From NCBI GenBank assembly GCA_040880005.1, contig JBBDJG010000028.1, positions 11,395 through 75,394 of the forward strand: 64,000 bases of DNA, given 5' to 3'. The notes beneath the pieces are model-generated. The model was not told the DNA's origin. It did not search any database and saw only the letters and a program-made list of their open reading frames with translations. Source of the DNA: Solirubrobacterales bacterium (GTDB lineage Bacteria; Actinomycetota; Thermoleophilia; Solirubrobacterales; JBBDJG01). Shown one piece after another: positions 8,287-18,684 of this stretch. Numbering within the stretch: the first letter of the stretch is position 1; every line of letters begins with the position of its first letter. The position numbers and the translations under genes were made by a program.

Positions 8287-9434
8287 GCGGTGCGTACCTG
8301 CTGCTCGAGGACGGAGTGCGCTTCGACGGCGAGATGGTGGGCGCGCCGAGCAACGCCACCGGAGAGGTCGTCTTCAACACGGCGATGACCGGGTACCAGG
8401 AGGCCGTCACCGATCCCTCCTACCACGCGCAGATCATCACCTTCACGTATCCGATGATCGGCAACTACGGTGTCTCCGAGCAGGCCGTCGAGTCGAATCG
8501 CGTTCACGCTCGCGCGATCGTGATGCGCGAAGCCAGGAATGACATTTCCGCTTTTTCCTTAGGCGGAAAAGGCGGGAGCTCCGAGGGTACGGATGGCGGC
8601 TGGCTGGACTGGTTGCGCGAGCAGGGCATAGCGGCGATCGGTGGCGTCGACACCCGAGCATTGGTACGACACATCCGTGACCGGGGCGCGATGCGCGGAG
8701 GCGTGTTTTCGGCCGAGCTGTCGGAGTCCGACGCCCGCGGGCAGATCGGGGCCGAGCCGTCGATGGATGGCTGCGACCTCGCGCGATTCGTGACACCACA
8801 AGAGCCGATCGTGCTCGACCCGGACGCGTCCGGGCCGGCCGTGGTCGGCATCGACACCGGCATCAAGGGATCGATCGTGCGCGAGCTGCGCGCGCGCGAC
8901 GTACGCCTGACGCTGCTGCCGTGCACGAGCACTCCCGAAGAGGTGCTCTCCCATTCGCCGGACGCGATCTTTCTCGCCAACGGCCCAGGCGACCCGGCCG
9001 CGCTCGACTACGTCGTCGATACGGTGCGCGCGCTGGTCGGCAAGGCACCCGTGTTCGGGATTTGCCTCGGCCACCAGCTGCTGTGCCGCGCGGTCGGCCT
9101 CGAGACGTTCAAGCTGCCGTTCGGCCATCGCGGCGCGAACCACCCGGTCAAAGACCTGGAGACCGGCCGCATCGAGATAACGGCCCAAAATCACGGCTTC
9201 GCGGTTGTTGGGCCGGGTGGGGCCCGCACGCTCGCCGGCGACGGGCCTGTGCGCTGGCAGACGGATTTCGGGACGGCGGAGCTGTCGCACTTGAACCTCT
9301 ACGACCGCACGGTCGAGGGGCTCGTGCTGCGCGACGTGCCCGGTGCAACGGTCCAGTACCACCCCGAAGCGGGGCCCGGGCCGCACGACTCGCTGTACCT
9401 CTTCGACCGCTTCCTCGACATGGCGGCGGTATGA
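8283..9434 (+). CDS. carA: Carbamoyl-phosphate synthase small (glutaminase) subunit
   Basis: GEVVFNTAMTGYQEAVTDPSY and the glutamine amidotransferase triad context (GICLGHQLL, HNHGFAV) are present. It carries an extra ~10-aa Gly/Ser loop at 8536-8582. Confidence 0.95.
   Translation: MSGAYLLLEDGVRFDGEMVGAPSNATGEVVFNTAMTGYQEAVTDPSYHAQIITFTYPMIGNYGVSEQAVESNRVHARAIVMREARNDISAFSLGGKGGSSEGTDGGWLDWLREQGIAAIGGVDTRALVRHIRDRGAMRGGVFSAELSESDARGQIGAEPSMDGCDLARFVTPQEPIVLDPDASGPAVVGIDTGIKGSIVRELRARDVRLTLLPCTSTPEEVLSHSPDAIFLANGPGDPAALDYVVDTVRALVGKAPVFGICLGHQLLCRAVGLETFKLPFGHRGANHPVKDLETGRIEITAQNHGFAVVGPGGARTLAGDGPVRWQTDFGTAELSHLNLYDRTVEGLVLRDVPGATVQYHPEAGPGPHDSLYLFDRFLDMAAV
8536..8582 (-). repeat. Palindromic element copy A, inside carA and in frame (inverted orientation)
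   Basis: The reverse complement GGAGCTCCCGCCTTTTCCGCCTAAGGAAAAAGCGGAAATGTCATTCC aligns with copies B-E. It encodes DISAFSLGGKGGSSEG. Confidence 0.6.
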
Positions 9435-9457
9435 AGTTCGCGTACACCGCATCGCCA

Positions 9458-9520
9458 GAGTTCCCGGTTTTTCCGTCTAAGGAAAAACCGGAATATGTTC
9501 TGCGGCAAAACCGGAATATG
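9458..9520 (+). repeat. Palindromic element copy B, in the carA-carB spacer
   Basis: GAGTTCCCGGTTTTTCC-GTCTAA-GGAAAAACCGGAATATGTTCTGCGG has a perfect 11-bp stem. It is followed by a second half-copy, AAAACCGGAATATG. Confidence 0.75.
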
Positions 9521-9531
9521 GAGCAAACTGA

Positions 9532-12831
<3,300 letters not shown>

Positions 12832-12899
12832 TGACCCTTCCAGAAACATGTAACCGGAAATGGCGGCCCCGGAACACCGCCATGTATCGTCCTCGGTCG

Positions 12900-12923
12900 C
12901 CTGAATATGCGGGCATATTCAGG
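12900..12923. promoter_or_regulatory. Perfect AT-rich hairpin/palindrome in the carB-pyrK spacer
   Basis: CCTGAATATG-CGGG-CATATTCAGG has a 10-bp perfect stem. It is nested in a 190-nt spacer that also has the stems ATGGCGG/CCGCCAT and the distal pair CCCTTCCAG(12837)/CTGGAAGGG(13007). Confidence 0.5.
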
Positions 12924-13024
12924 CTTCAGCGCCGAAGGCGCGTGCGAGCGCGAAGCGCGAGATCCTCGCCTGACGGTGCCCAGGTCTCGCCATTCCCTGG
13001 CCAACGTTCCTGGAAGGGCCACCA

Positions 13025-13921
13025 GTGACGCTGCCGGAGTCAGACGTGGCCGAACTCGAGCCGGGGATCGCCGCCGCCCAGCCGGGCCCTCGGACGCCGG
13101 CGCCGCTGGGCCGGCGGGCCTGCCCCGTAACGCTGTCGGAGCCGGTCGGTCGCTACCGGATGATCGGGCTCGAAGATCGAGGTGGACCCACTCCGCTCCC
13201 CGGGCAGTTCTACATGCTCGCCTGTGCCGATGGCTGGGGCTCGGACCTCGGCGGCGAGCGTCCATATCTTCCGCGCGCGTTCTCCGTGTGCCGTGTGCGG
13301 GGCGCACGACTCGACTTCCTGATCGACGTGGTGGGACCGGGGACCGAGCGACTCGCGTCGATGGCTTTGGGCGAGCGTGCATGGGCGCTCGGGCCGCTGG
13401 GAATCGGTTTCACCGCGCCGGATGGCGTCGAGTCGAGCGCACCCGGTGCGCGCGCGCTACTGGTCGGCGGCGGCATCGGCATCGCACCGCTCGTGATCTG
13501 GAATGAGGCACTGGCCGGGAACGTCTCCAACGTCGCGCTCGGCTTCCGCGACGAGGAATTCGCGGCCGCGGCCTCGCTGTTGGGGGCCAACGTCTCGCTT
13601 GCCACCGACGACGGCTCGGTCGGACACGCGGGACTCGTGACGGACCTGCTGTCCGAGCAACTCGAGCGAAATTCCGACCGAAATTCCGACCGAAATTCCG
13701 CGGTGGTGGTGTATGCGTGCGGTCCACCGGCGATGCTCGATGCGATCAGGCGCATCTGCACCGAGCGAGGCGTACCTGCGCAACTCGCGCTCGAGCAGGC
13801 GATGGCGTGTGGCTACGGCGCGTGTTTCGGATGCGTCGTGCGCACTCGAGACGGCTACCGCCGTCTGTGCGTGGACGGCCCGATCGTCGCAGCTTCGGAC
13901 TTGCACGAGGAGTGGCAGTGA
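13025..13921 (+). CDS. pyrK: Dihydroorotate dehydrogenase electron-transfer subunit (start uncertain)
   Basis: GQFYML, the FAD/NAD-binding fold, YACGPPAM and the C-terminal 2Fe-2S cysteines MACGYGACFGCV are present. Confidence 0.85.
   Translation: MTLPESDVAELEPGIAAAQPGPRTPAPLGRRACPVTLSEPVGRYRMIGLEDRGGPTPLPGQFYMLACADGWGSDLGGERPYLPRAFSVCRVRGARLDFLIDVVGPGTERLASMALGERAWALGPLGIGFTAPDGVESSAPGARALLVGGGIGIAPLVIWNEALAGNVSNVALGFRDEEFAAAASLLGANVSLATDDGSVGHAGLVTDLLSEQLERNSDRNSDRNSAVVVYACGPPAMLDAIRRICTERGVPAQLALEQAMACGYGACFGCVVRTRDGYRRLCVDGPIVAASDLHEEWQ
13667..13702 (+). repeat. 12-bp tandem repeat x3 inside pyrK
   Basis: CGAAATTCCGAC CGAAATTCCGAC CGAAATTCCGCG encodes (RNSD)x3. It is AT-rich compared with its surroundings. 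Confidence 0.9.
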
Positions 13922-14865
13922 CGCTTGCCGCGCAGTCACCCGGTGGAGGGCCGGACCTCTCGCTGCGCCTTGCCGGGCTCACGCTCGGGTTTCCCGTGAT
14001 CAACGGCTCCGGCACGTTCGATGCGATTGCGGCACTTCGCACATTCGGAGACGGCCTGCGAGAAAGCTTCCCGTTTGCTGCATTCGTGTCGAAGACGATC
14101 ACACCGCACCCGCGCGGTGGCAACCGGCCGCCGCGGCTGTGGGAGACGCCGGCCGGGATGATCAACTCGATCGGCTTGCCGAACAAAGGGTTGGAGGGGT
14201 TCCTGGCGCACGACCTACCTGAGCTTGGGACCCTGGCGGTTCCGCTGGTGGTGAGCGTCGCCGCCTTCGACCATGACGGTTTCGCCAGAATGGTCGAGAC
14301 GGTCGGCGCCCGCCCGGAGGTGGCTGCGCTTGAATTGAACGTCTCCTGCCCCAACGTGAAATCCGGCTGCGTGATGGGATCCGACCCGCGTGAAACGGCC
14401 GAACTGCTGGAGCACGTGCGGCCGCGGACCGGAAAGCCCTTGATCGTGAAGCTGACGCCCAACGTGAGCGACATCGCCCCGATCGCGATCGCGGCGGAAC
14501 AGGGCGGCGCCGACGCGGTCTCGTTGATCAACACACTGCGCGCGCTGGCGATCGATCACGTCAGCGGCCGGCCGGCGCTGGGTGCCATCAGGGGAGGCCT
14601 ATCGGGCCCGGCCGTTCGGGCGATCGCGTTGGACATGACCCACTCGGCGAGCTCTAGCGTGAGCGTTCCGGTTATTGGCATGGGCGGCATCCAGTGCGGC
14701 CGCGACGCGCTCGAGTTCTTCGACGCGGGAGCGAATTGTGTTGCGATTGGCACAGAGAACTTTCGCGACCCCGTGGCCGGCCTGAGAGTCCGCGACGAGT
14801 TGGCCGCCGCGCTTGCCGAGCGCGGACACGGTGCTTTGCAACGCGTTGTAGCGCCGGCGCGCTGA
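13918..14865 (+). CDS. pyrD: Dihydroorotate dehydrogenase 1B catalytic subunit
   Basis: The GTG start overlaps the pyrK stop (GTGA). Supporting motifs are FPVINGSGTF, GMINSIGLPNKG, LNVSCPN and IGMGGI. Confidence 0.9.
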   Translation: MTLAAQSPGGGPDLSLRLAGLTLGFPVINGSGTFDAIAALRTFGDGLRESFPFAAFVSKTITPHPRGGNRPPRLWETPAGMINSIGLPNKGLEGFLAHDLPELGTLAVPLVVSVAAFDHDGFARMVETVGARPEVAALELNVSCPNVKSGCVMGSDPRETAELLEHVRPRTGKPLIVKLTPNVSDIAPIAIAAEQGGADAVSLINTLRALAIDHVSGRPALGAIRGGLSGPAVRAIALDMTHSASSSVSVPVIGMGGIQCGRDALEFFDAGANCVAIGTENFRDPVAGLRVRDELAAALAERGHGALQRVVAPAR

Positions 14866-14985
14866 GCCGGGCCAGAGGCGGGGACTTCGGTAGGAGAAAG
14901 TTCGACTTGCCTCGATCCCACTCGACCTGTACCAAAGGTCGAGCATGCTATGCAGGACGCGACAAAAAAGATTTGATGCGACGTG

Positions 14986-15013
14986 TTGCACGGAACGCGC
15001 GCGTGCGTATAAT
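14986..15013 (+). promoter_or_regulatory. Sigma-70/SigA-type promoter of mihF, implying a leaderless or near-leaderless mRNA
   Basis: TTGCAC (14986-14991), a 16-nt spacer, then TATAAT (15008-15013). The ATG at 15022 is 8 nt downstream with no SD. Confidence 0.6.
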
Positions 15014-15021
15014 CGCCGCCC

Positions 15022-15354
15022 ATGCCCGCCGCCACGAAGACCTCAGCGAGCGCCCCCCAGCGGTCCTTAACCCAAAGGATGGAGGCGCTCAAGAGGGCGA
15101 ACCAGATCAGGACCCGGCGAGCGAAGTTGAAACGGGACCTGCGCGCGGGTAACGCGAACATCCAGGCGCTGCTGCTCGACCCGCCCGAGTATCTCCAAAG
15201 CGCCAAGGTCGCCGATATGTTGTTGTCCGTGCCGAAGTACGGTCAGGTGAAGGTGCACAAGATCCTGATGCAGTGTCGGATCTCGCCGAGCAAGACGATC
15301 GGCGGCCTGTCACCGCGGCAGCGCACCGAGCTGGTCGGCTACTTCAAGAAGTAG
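15022..15354 (+). CDS. mihF: Actinobacterial integration host factor mIHF
   Basis: ALKRANQIRTRRAKLKRDL...KVADMLLSVPKYGQVKVHKIL... and its position immediately upstream of gmk-rpoZ match conserved actinobacterial synteny. Confidence 0.85.
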   Translation: MPAATKTSASAPQRSLTQRMEALKRANQIRTRRAKLKRDLRAGNANIQALLLDPPEYLQSAKVADMLLSVPKYGQVKVHKILMQCRISPSKTIGGLSPRQRTELVGYFKK

Positions 15355-15379
15355 GACGTAGGCGCGACGGGCAGCGCTC

Positions 15380-15940
15380 TTGGGCGAGGGAAAGCTGTTC
15401 GTGGTGACAGGCCCCTCGGGCGTGGGCAAGGGCACGCTGATCGGCCGCCTGCTCGGACGGGAGCCGCAGCTCGAGCTGTCGGTCTCCGCAACGACGCGGG
15501 AGCCTCGCCCGGGCGAGACCGCGGGCGTCGACTACCACTTCATGGACGAGTCGGAGTTCCGCACTCACGTTGCCGCCGGCGAGCTGGTCGAGCATGCCCG
15601 CTACTCGGGAAACCTTTACGGGACATTGCGATCGGAGGTCGAGCCGCGCATCGAGCGCGGCGCGGGCGTGGTGCTCGAGATCGAGGTGCAGGGCGCCCGC
15701 CAGGTGCGAGAGAGAATGCCCGAGGCGGTGCAGATCTTCATCGCCCCGCCTTCGCCGGAATCGCTACGCGAACGCCTCGAAGGGCGGGGCACAGACACCG
15801 CTGAGCAGATTGAACAGCGCCTTCGGGTCGCAAGCCAAGAATTGGCGGCACGTGACGAGTTTCGTCACGTGATCGTCAACGACGATCTCGACCGAGCCGC
15901 GTCCGAGCTGCACGATCTCGTGCGCTCCAAGCTGGGCTGA
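15380..15940 (+). CDS. gmk: Guanylate kinase
   Basis: It has the P-loop TGPSGVGKGT, plus SATTREPRPGE and DYHF. Confidence 0.95.
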   Translation: MGEGKLFVVTGPSGVGKGTLIGRLLGREPQLELSVSATTREPRPGETAGVDYHFMDESEFRTHVAAGELVEHARYSGNLYGTLRSEVEPRIERGAGVVLEIEVQGARQVRERMPEAVQIFIAPPSPESLRERLEGRGTDTAEQIEQRLRVASQELAARDEFRHVIVNDDLDRAASELHDLVRSKLG

Positions 15941-16044
15941 GGCAGCGTCTCGGCGGCGGCGTCTCGATTCGCGACCGCTCGACCGGGCTCCGCTAGAATT
16001 AGGACTTCAAAGGCTTCGCCCCATCAATCTCACAGGGAAGGCAC

Positions 16045-16275
16045 ATGATCCAGCCCCGGATAGACACACTGCTCGAGCAAGTGGACTCGCACTACGCGGC
16101 CGTCGTCGTGGCTGCAAAGCGAGCGCGGCAGATCAACAACTACTACCACACGCTCGGAGAGGGAGTCTTTGAGGAGTTCCCGCCTCCGATGGTGGACACG
16201 CCGTCCAAGAACTATCTGACAATCGCGCTCGAGGAAGTGGCACAGGGCAAGATCGCCTTCCACTACCGCGCCTGA
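16045..16275 (+). CDS. rpoZ: DNA-directed RNA polymerase subunit omega
   Basis: The 76-aa product contains SHYAAVVVAAKRARQINNYY. AGGGAAGG serves as SD, and a TAGAAT -10-like hexamer lies at 15994-15999. Confidence 0.9.
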   Translation: MIQPRIDTLLEQVDSHYAAVVVAAKRARQINNYYHTLGEGVFEEFPPPMVDTPSKNYLTIALEEVAQGKIAFHYRA

Positions 16276-16288
16276 GCAGGAGCAATCC

Positions 16289-17551
16289 ATGGCGCGAGTG
16301 CTGCTTGGGGTCTGTGGTGGGATCTCGGCATACAAGTCCGTAGAGCTGGCGCGGCTCGGCACGAAGGCTGGGCACGCGGTCCGCGTCGTACAAACGCGAA
16401 GGAGTCTCGAGTTCGTCGGGCGAGCGACGTTCGAGGCGATCACCGGGGCTCCGGTCTTGGTCGACGAGTTCGAGCGCGATCCGGCGCGCGGCAGCTACCC
16501 GGGTGAGGCATCTCTCGACCATGAGCCGATCAGCCATCTCGAGCTGGTGCGGCGCTGCGACGTTTACTGCATAGCTCCCGCGACCGCGAACACGATCGCG
16601 AAGCTGGCCGGTGGCCACGCCGACAGCCTGATCGCGTCGGCCTATCTCGCGTGTGCCAGCCCGGTGATACTTGCGCCGGCGATGAACAACCGCATGTACG
16701 GACATCCGGCAACGACCGCGAACCTGGAGCTGCTGCGCGAGCGGGGCGTGCATGTGGTGACCCCCGGGACGGGCGCGCTCGCCTCGCGTGGTGAGTGGGG
16801 CATCGGCAGGCTGGCCGAGCCGGCGGAGCTGCTGGCTGCAATCGAGCGCGCGGCGCCGATCGGGGCACCACGATCGCTGGACGGGACGCGAGTGCTCGTA
16901 AGCGCCGGCGGAACCCGCGAGCCCGTTGACGCCGTGCGCTACATCGGCAACCGTTCGAGCGGGCGCATGGGCTTTGCGCTTGCCGAGGAAGCCGCTCGGC
17001 GGGGTGCCCAGGTAACCGTGGTGGCGGCGAACGTCTCGCTCGCAAGGGCCCCCGGCATCGAGTACGTCGATGTCGAGACGGCCGAGCAGCTGCGCGCTGC
17101 GGCGCTGGAGCAATTCGATCGCTGCGACGTGCTGTTGATGGCTGCCGCGGTGGCCGACTTCAGGCCCGCTTCACCTCGGCAGTCGAAGATCTCGAAGCAA
17201 GATCGCGAAGCGCTCACGCTCGAGCTCGAGGCAACCGCCGACGTGCTCGGTGAGGTTTCGCGGGGGCGCAGACCCGATCAGACCGTGATCGGCTTTGCCG
17301 CCGAGCACGGAGAGGAGGGGATCGACCGTGCGCGCGGCAAGCTGGCCCACAAACAGCTCGACGCGATCGTCGTCAACGACATCTCGCGCGCCGAGATCGG
17401 CTTCGACTCCGACGAGAACGAGGTGACGATCATCGGTCCGGCCGGCGACCTCCATCTCGACAAGGCGTCCAAGGCCGAGATCGCGCACGGCCTGGTCGAC
17501 TTCGTGGAGAGTCTGAGAGTCGCCGCGCGGAGTCCGGAGCGCGACGCATGA
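16289..17551 (+). CDS. coaBC: Bifunctional phosphopantothenoylcysteine decarboxylase / phosphopantothenate-cysteine ligase
   Basis: It has an N-terminal flavoprotein domain (LLGVCGGISAYK...PAMNNRM) and a C-terminal CoaB domain (VRYIGNRSSGRMG). Confidence 0.95.
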   Translation: MARVLLGVCGGISAYKSVELARLGTKAGHAVRVVQTRRSLEFVGRATFEAITGAPVLVDEFERDPARGSYPGEASLDHEPISHLELVRRCDVYCIAPATANTIAKLAGGHADSLIASAYLACASPVILAPAMNNRMYGHPATTANLELLRERGVHVVTPGTGALASRGEWGIGRLAEPAELLAAIERAAPIGAPRSLDGTRVLVSAGGTREPVDAVRYIGNRSSGRMGFALAEEAARRGAQVTVVAANVSLARAPGIEYVDVETAEQLRAAALEQFDRCDVLLMAAAVADFRPASPRQSKISKQDREALTLELEATADVLGEVSRGRRPDQTVIGFAAEHGEEGIDRARGKLAHKQLDAIVVNDISRAEIGFDSDENEVTIIGPAGDLHLDKASKAEIAHGLVDFVESLRVAARSPERDA

Positions 17552-17928
17552 GTGGATCCGGCATTGCGTCCGAGCACGACGCCTACACGTTGTTCCAGCA
17601 AGGCGTGGCGCTGATCTCCGGACGTCATTGGGCACAGGCGGTCGTTCCGCTGGAAAAGGCTCGGCGCCTCGAGCCCGACAAGACGTCGATACGTGAGGCG
17701 CTCGGTCGGGCCCACTTTCATAGCGGTCGCTATCGAGACGCCGCACGCGAGTTCGAGGCGATCGTGGAGCTGAGCCCGACCAACGACTACGCACACTTCT
17801 GCCTCGCTCGTTCGTTCGAGAAGCTCGGCAACCGCATGGCGGCGCGCCGCCACTTCTCGCTTGCCTGCGGGTTGCGTCCCGATCGCTCGGACTACCGCTT
17901 GTACCGCGAGCGCGCTCGGGCAGCCTGA
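17548..17928 (+). CDS. Small TPR-repeat protein
   Basis: 126 aa with helical repeats with TPR periodicity (YTLFQQGVALISGRHWAQAV...LGRAHFHSGRYRDAAREFEAIVELSP). An ATGA overlap links it to coaBC. Confidence 0.6.
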   Translation: MSGSGIASEHDAYTLFQQGVALISGRHWAQAVVPLEKARRLEPDKTSIREALGRAHFHSGRYRDAAREFEAIVELSPTNDYAHFCLARSFEKLGNRMAARRHFSLACGLRPDRSDYRLYRERARAA

Positions 17929-17941
17929 CGAAAGACCGTCC

Positions 17942-18379
17942 GTGAAGGCGCTCGTGCAGCGTGTCAGCTCGGCATCGGTCAGCGTCGGCGATGACACCTT
18001 GGCGTCGATCGGAGAGGGACTGGTGGTGCTGGTGGGAGTAGCCGCCAACGACCGCACCGAGCAGGCCGACAAGCTCGCAGCGAAGATTGCGCGCCTGCGC
18101 GTGTTCGACGGCGACGACGGGCGCATGGATCGTTCGCTGCTGGACACCGGCGGCGGCGCCCTGTGCGTGAGTCAGTTCACGCTCTACGCCGACACTCGCA
18201 AGGGCCTGCGGCCGAGCTTCACCGCGGCTGCGGAGCCTGAGCTGGCCGAGCCGGTGTACGAGGAGTTTTGCGATCGGCTGGCGGCGCATGGCGTCGAGGT
18301 CCAGCGTGGCAGGTTCGGCGCTCGCATGAGCGTGGCGCTGGTCAACGAGGGCCCGGTCACGTTGTTGCTCGAAACATAG
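17942..18379 (+). CDS. dtd: D-aminoacyl-tRNA deacylase
   Basis: VKALVQRVSSASVSV...GLVVLVGV...SQFTLYADTRKGLRPSF...VNEGPVT match the family. The GTG start is in frame within track ORF 17861..18379. Confidence 0.9.
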   Translation: MKALVQRVSSASVSVGDDTLASIGEGLVVLVGVAANDRTEQADKLAAKIARLRVFDGDDGRMDRSLLDTGGGALCVSQFTLYADTRKGLRPSFTAAAEPELAEPVYEEFCDRLAAHGVEVQRGRFGARMSVALVNEGPVTLLLET

Positions 18380-18452
18380 GCCGACTCGCGCTACGCCGCC
18401 TGCGGTGGCTTGCGCGGTCGGGAACTCTGAGGGCACGGACACCGAGCCCTGG

Positions 18453-18500
18453 GAGTTCCCGGTTTTCGCGTTTAAGCGAAAACCGGAAATATTCTGCGCC
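18453..18500 (+). repeat. Palindromic element copy C (best-preserved copy), in the dtd-rimP spacer
   Basis: GAGTTCCCGGTTTTCGC-GTTTAA-GCGAAAACCGGAAATATTCTGCGCC has a perfect 11-bp stem (18459-18469 paired with 18476-18486). Confidence 0.8.
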
Positions 18501-18570
18501 ACCCGTCCGAGATGCCGCTGCGCCACCCGCACGCCCCGACGTCGCCTGCAGCGGACCGCCCGTCGACGCT

Positions 18571-18597
18571 TTGAAGCGGGGTTTGTGCCGCTATACT
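18571..18597 (+). promoter_or_regulatory. Candidate promoter of the rimP-nusA-infB leader
   Basis: TTGAAG (18571-18576), a 15-nt spacer, then TATACT (18592-18597). The spacer is short, so confidence is low. Confidence 0.35.
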
Positions 18598-18655
18598 CCT
18601 GCTTCGCAAAGTTTCAAGGAGACCTGCGGTCCGAGTCGGGCCGCAAACACTGGAA

Positions 18656-18678
18656 GTGGGCCTCCGCCCACTTTTTTT
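18656..18678 (+). terminator. Intrinsic terminator in the rimP leader (candidate attenuator)
   Basis: GTGGGC-CTCC-GCCCAC is followed by TTTTTTT. It ends 7 nt before the rimP ATG and is preceded by a second hairpin, GCGGTCC-GAGTC-GGGCCGC, at 18625-18643. Confidence 0.65.
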
Positions 18679-18684
18679 GCGCCA

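Noticed and set aside
12900-12923. Reading the TGAATATGCGGGCATATTCA palindrome as an ArgR ARG box, since carAB is arginine-regulated in many bacteria.
   Set aside because: ARG boxes are TGAAT-N4-ATTCA. Here the half-sites are 10 nt apart, and the site is downstream of carB, not at a promoter. It is kept only as an unexplained palindrome.
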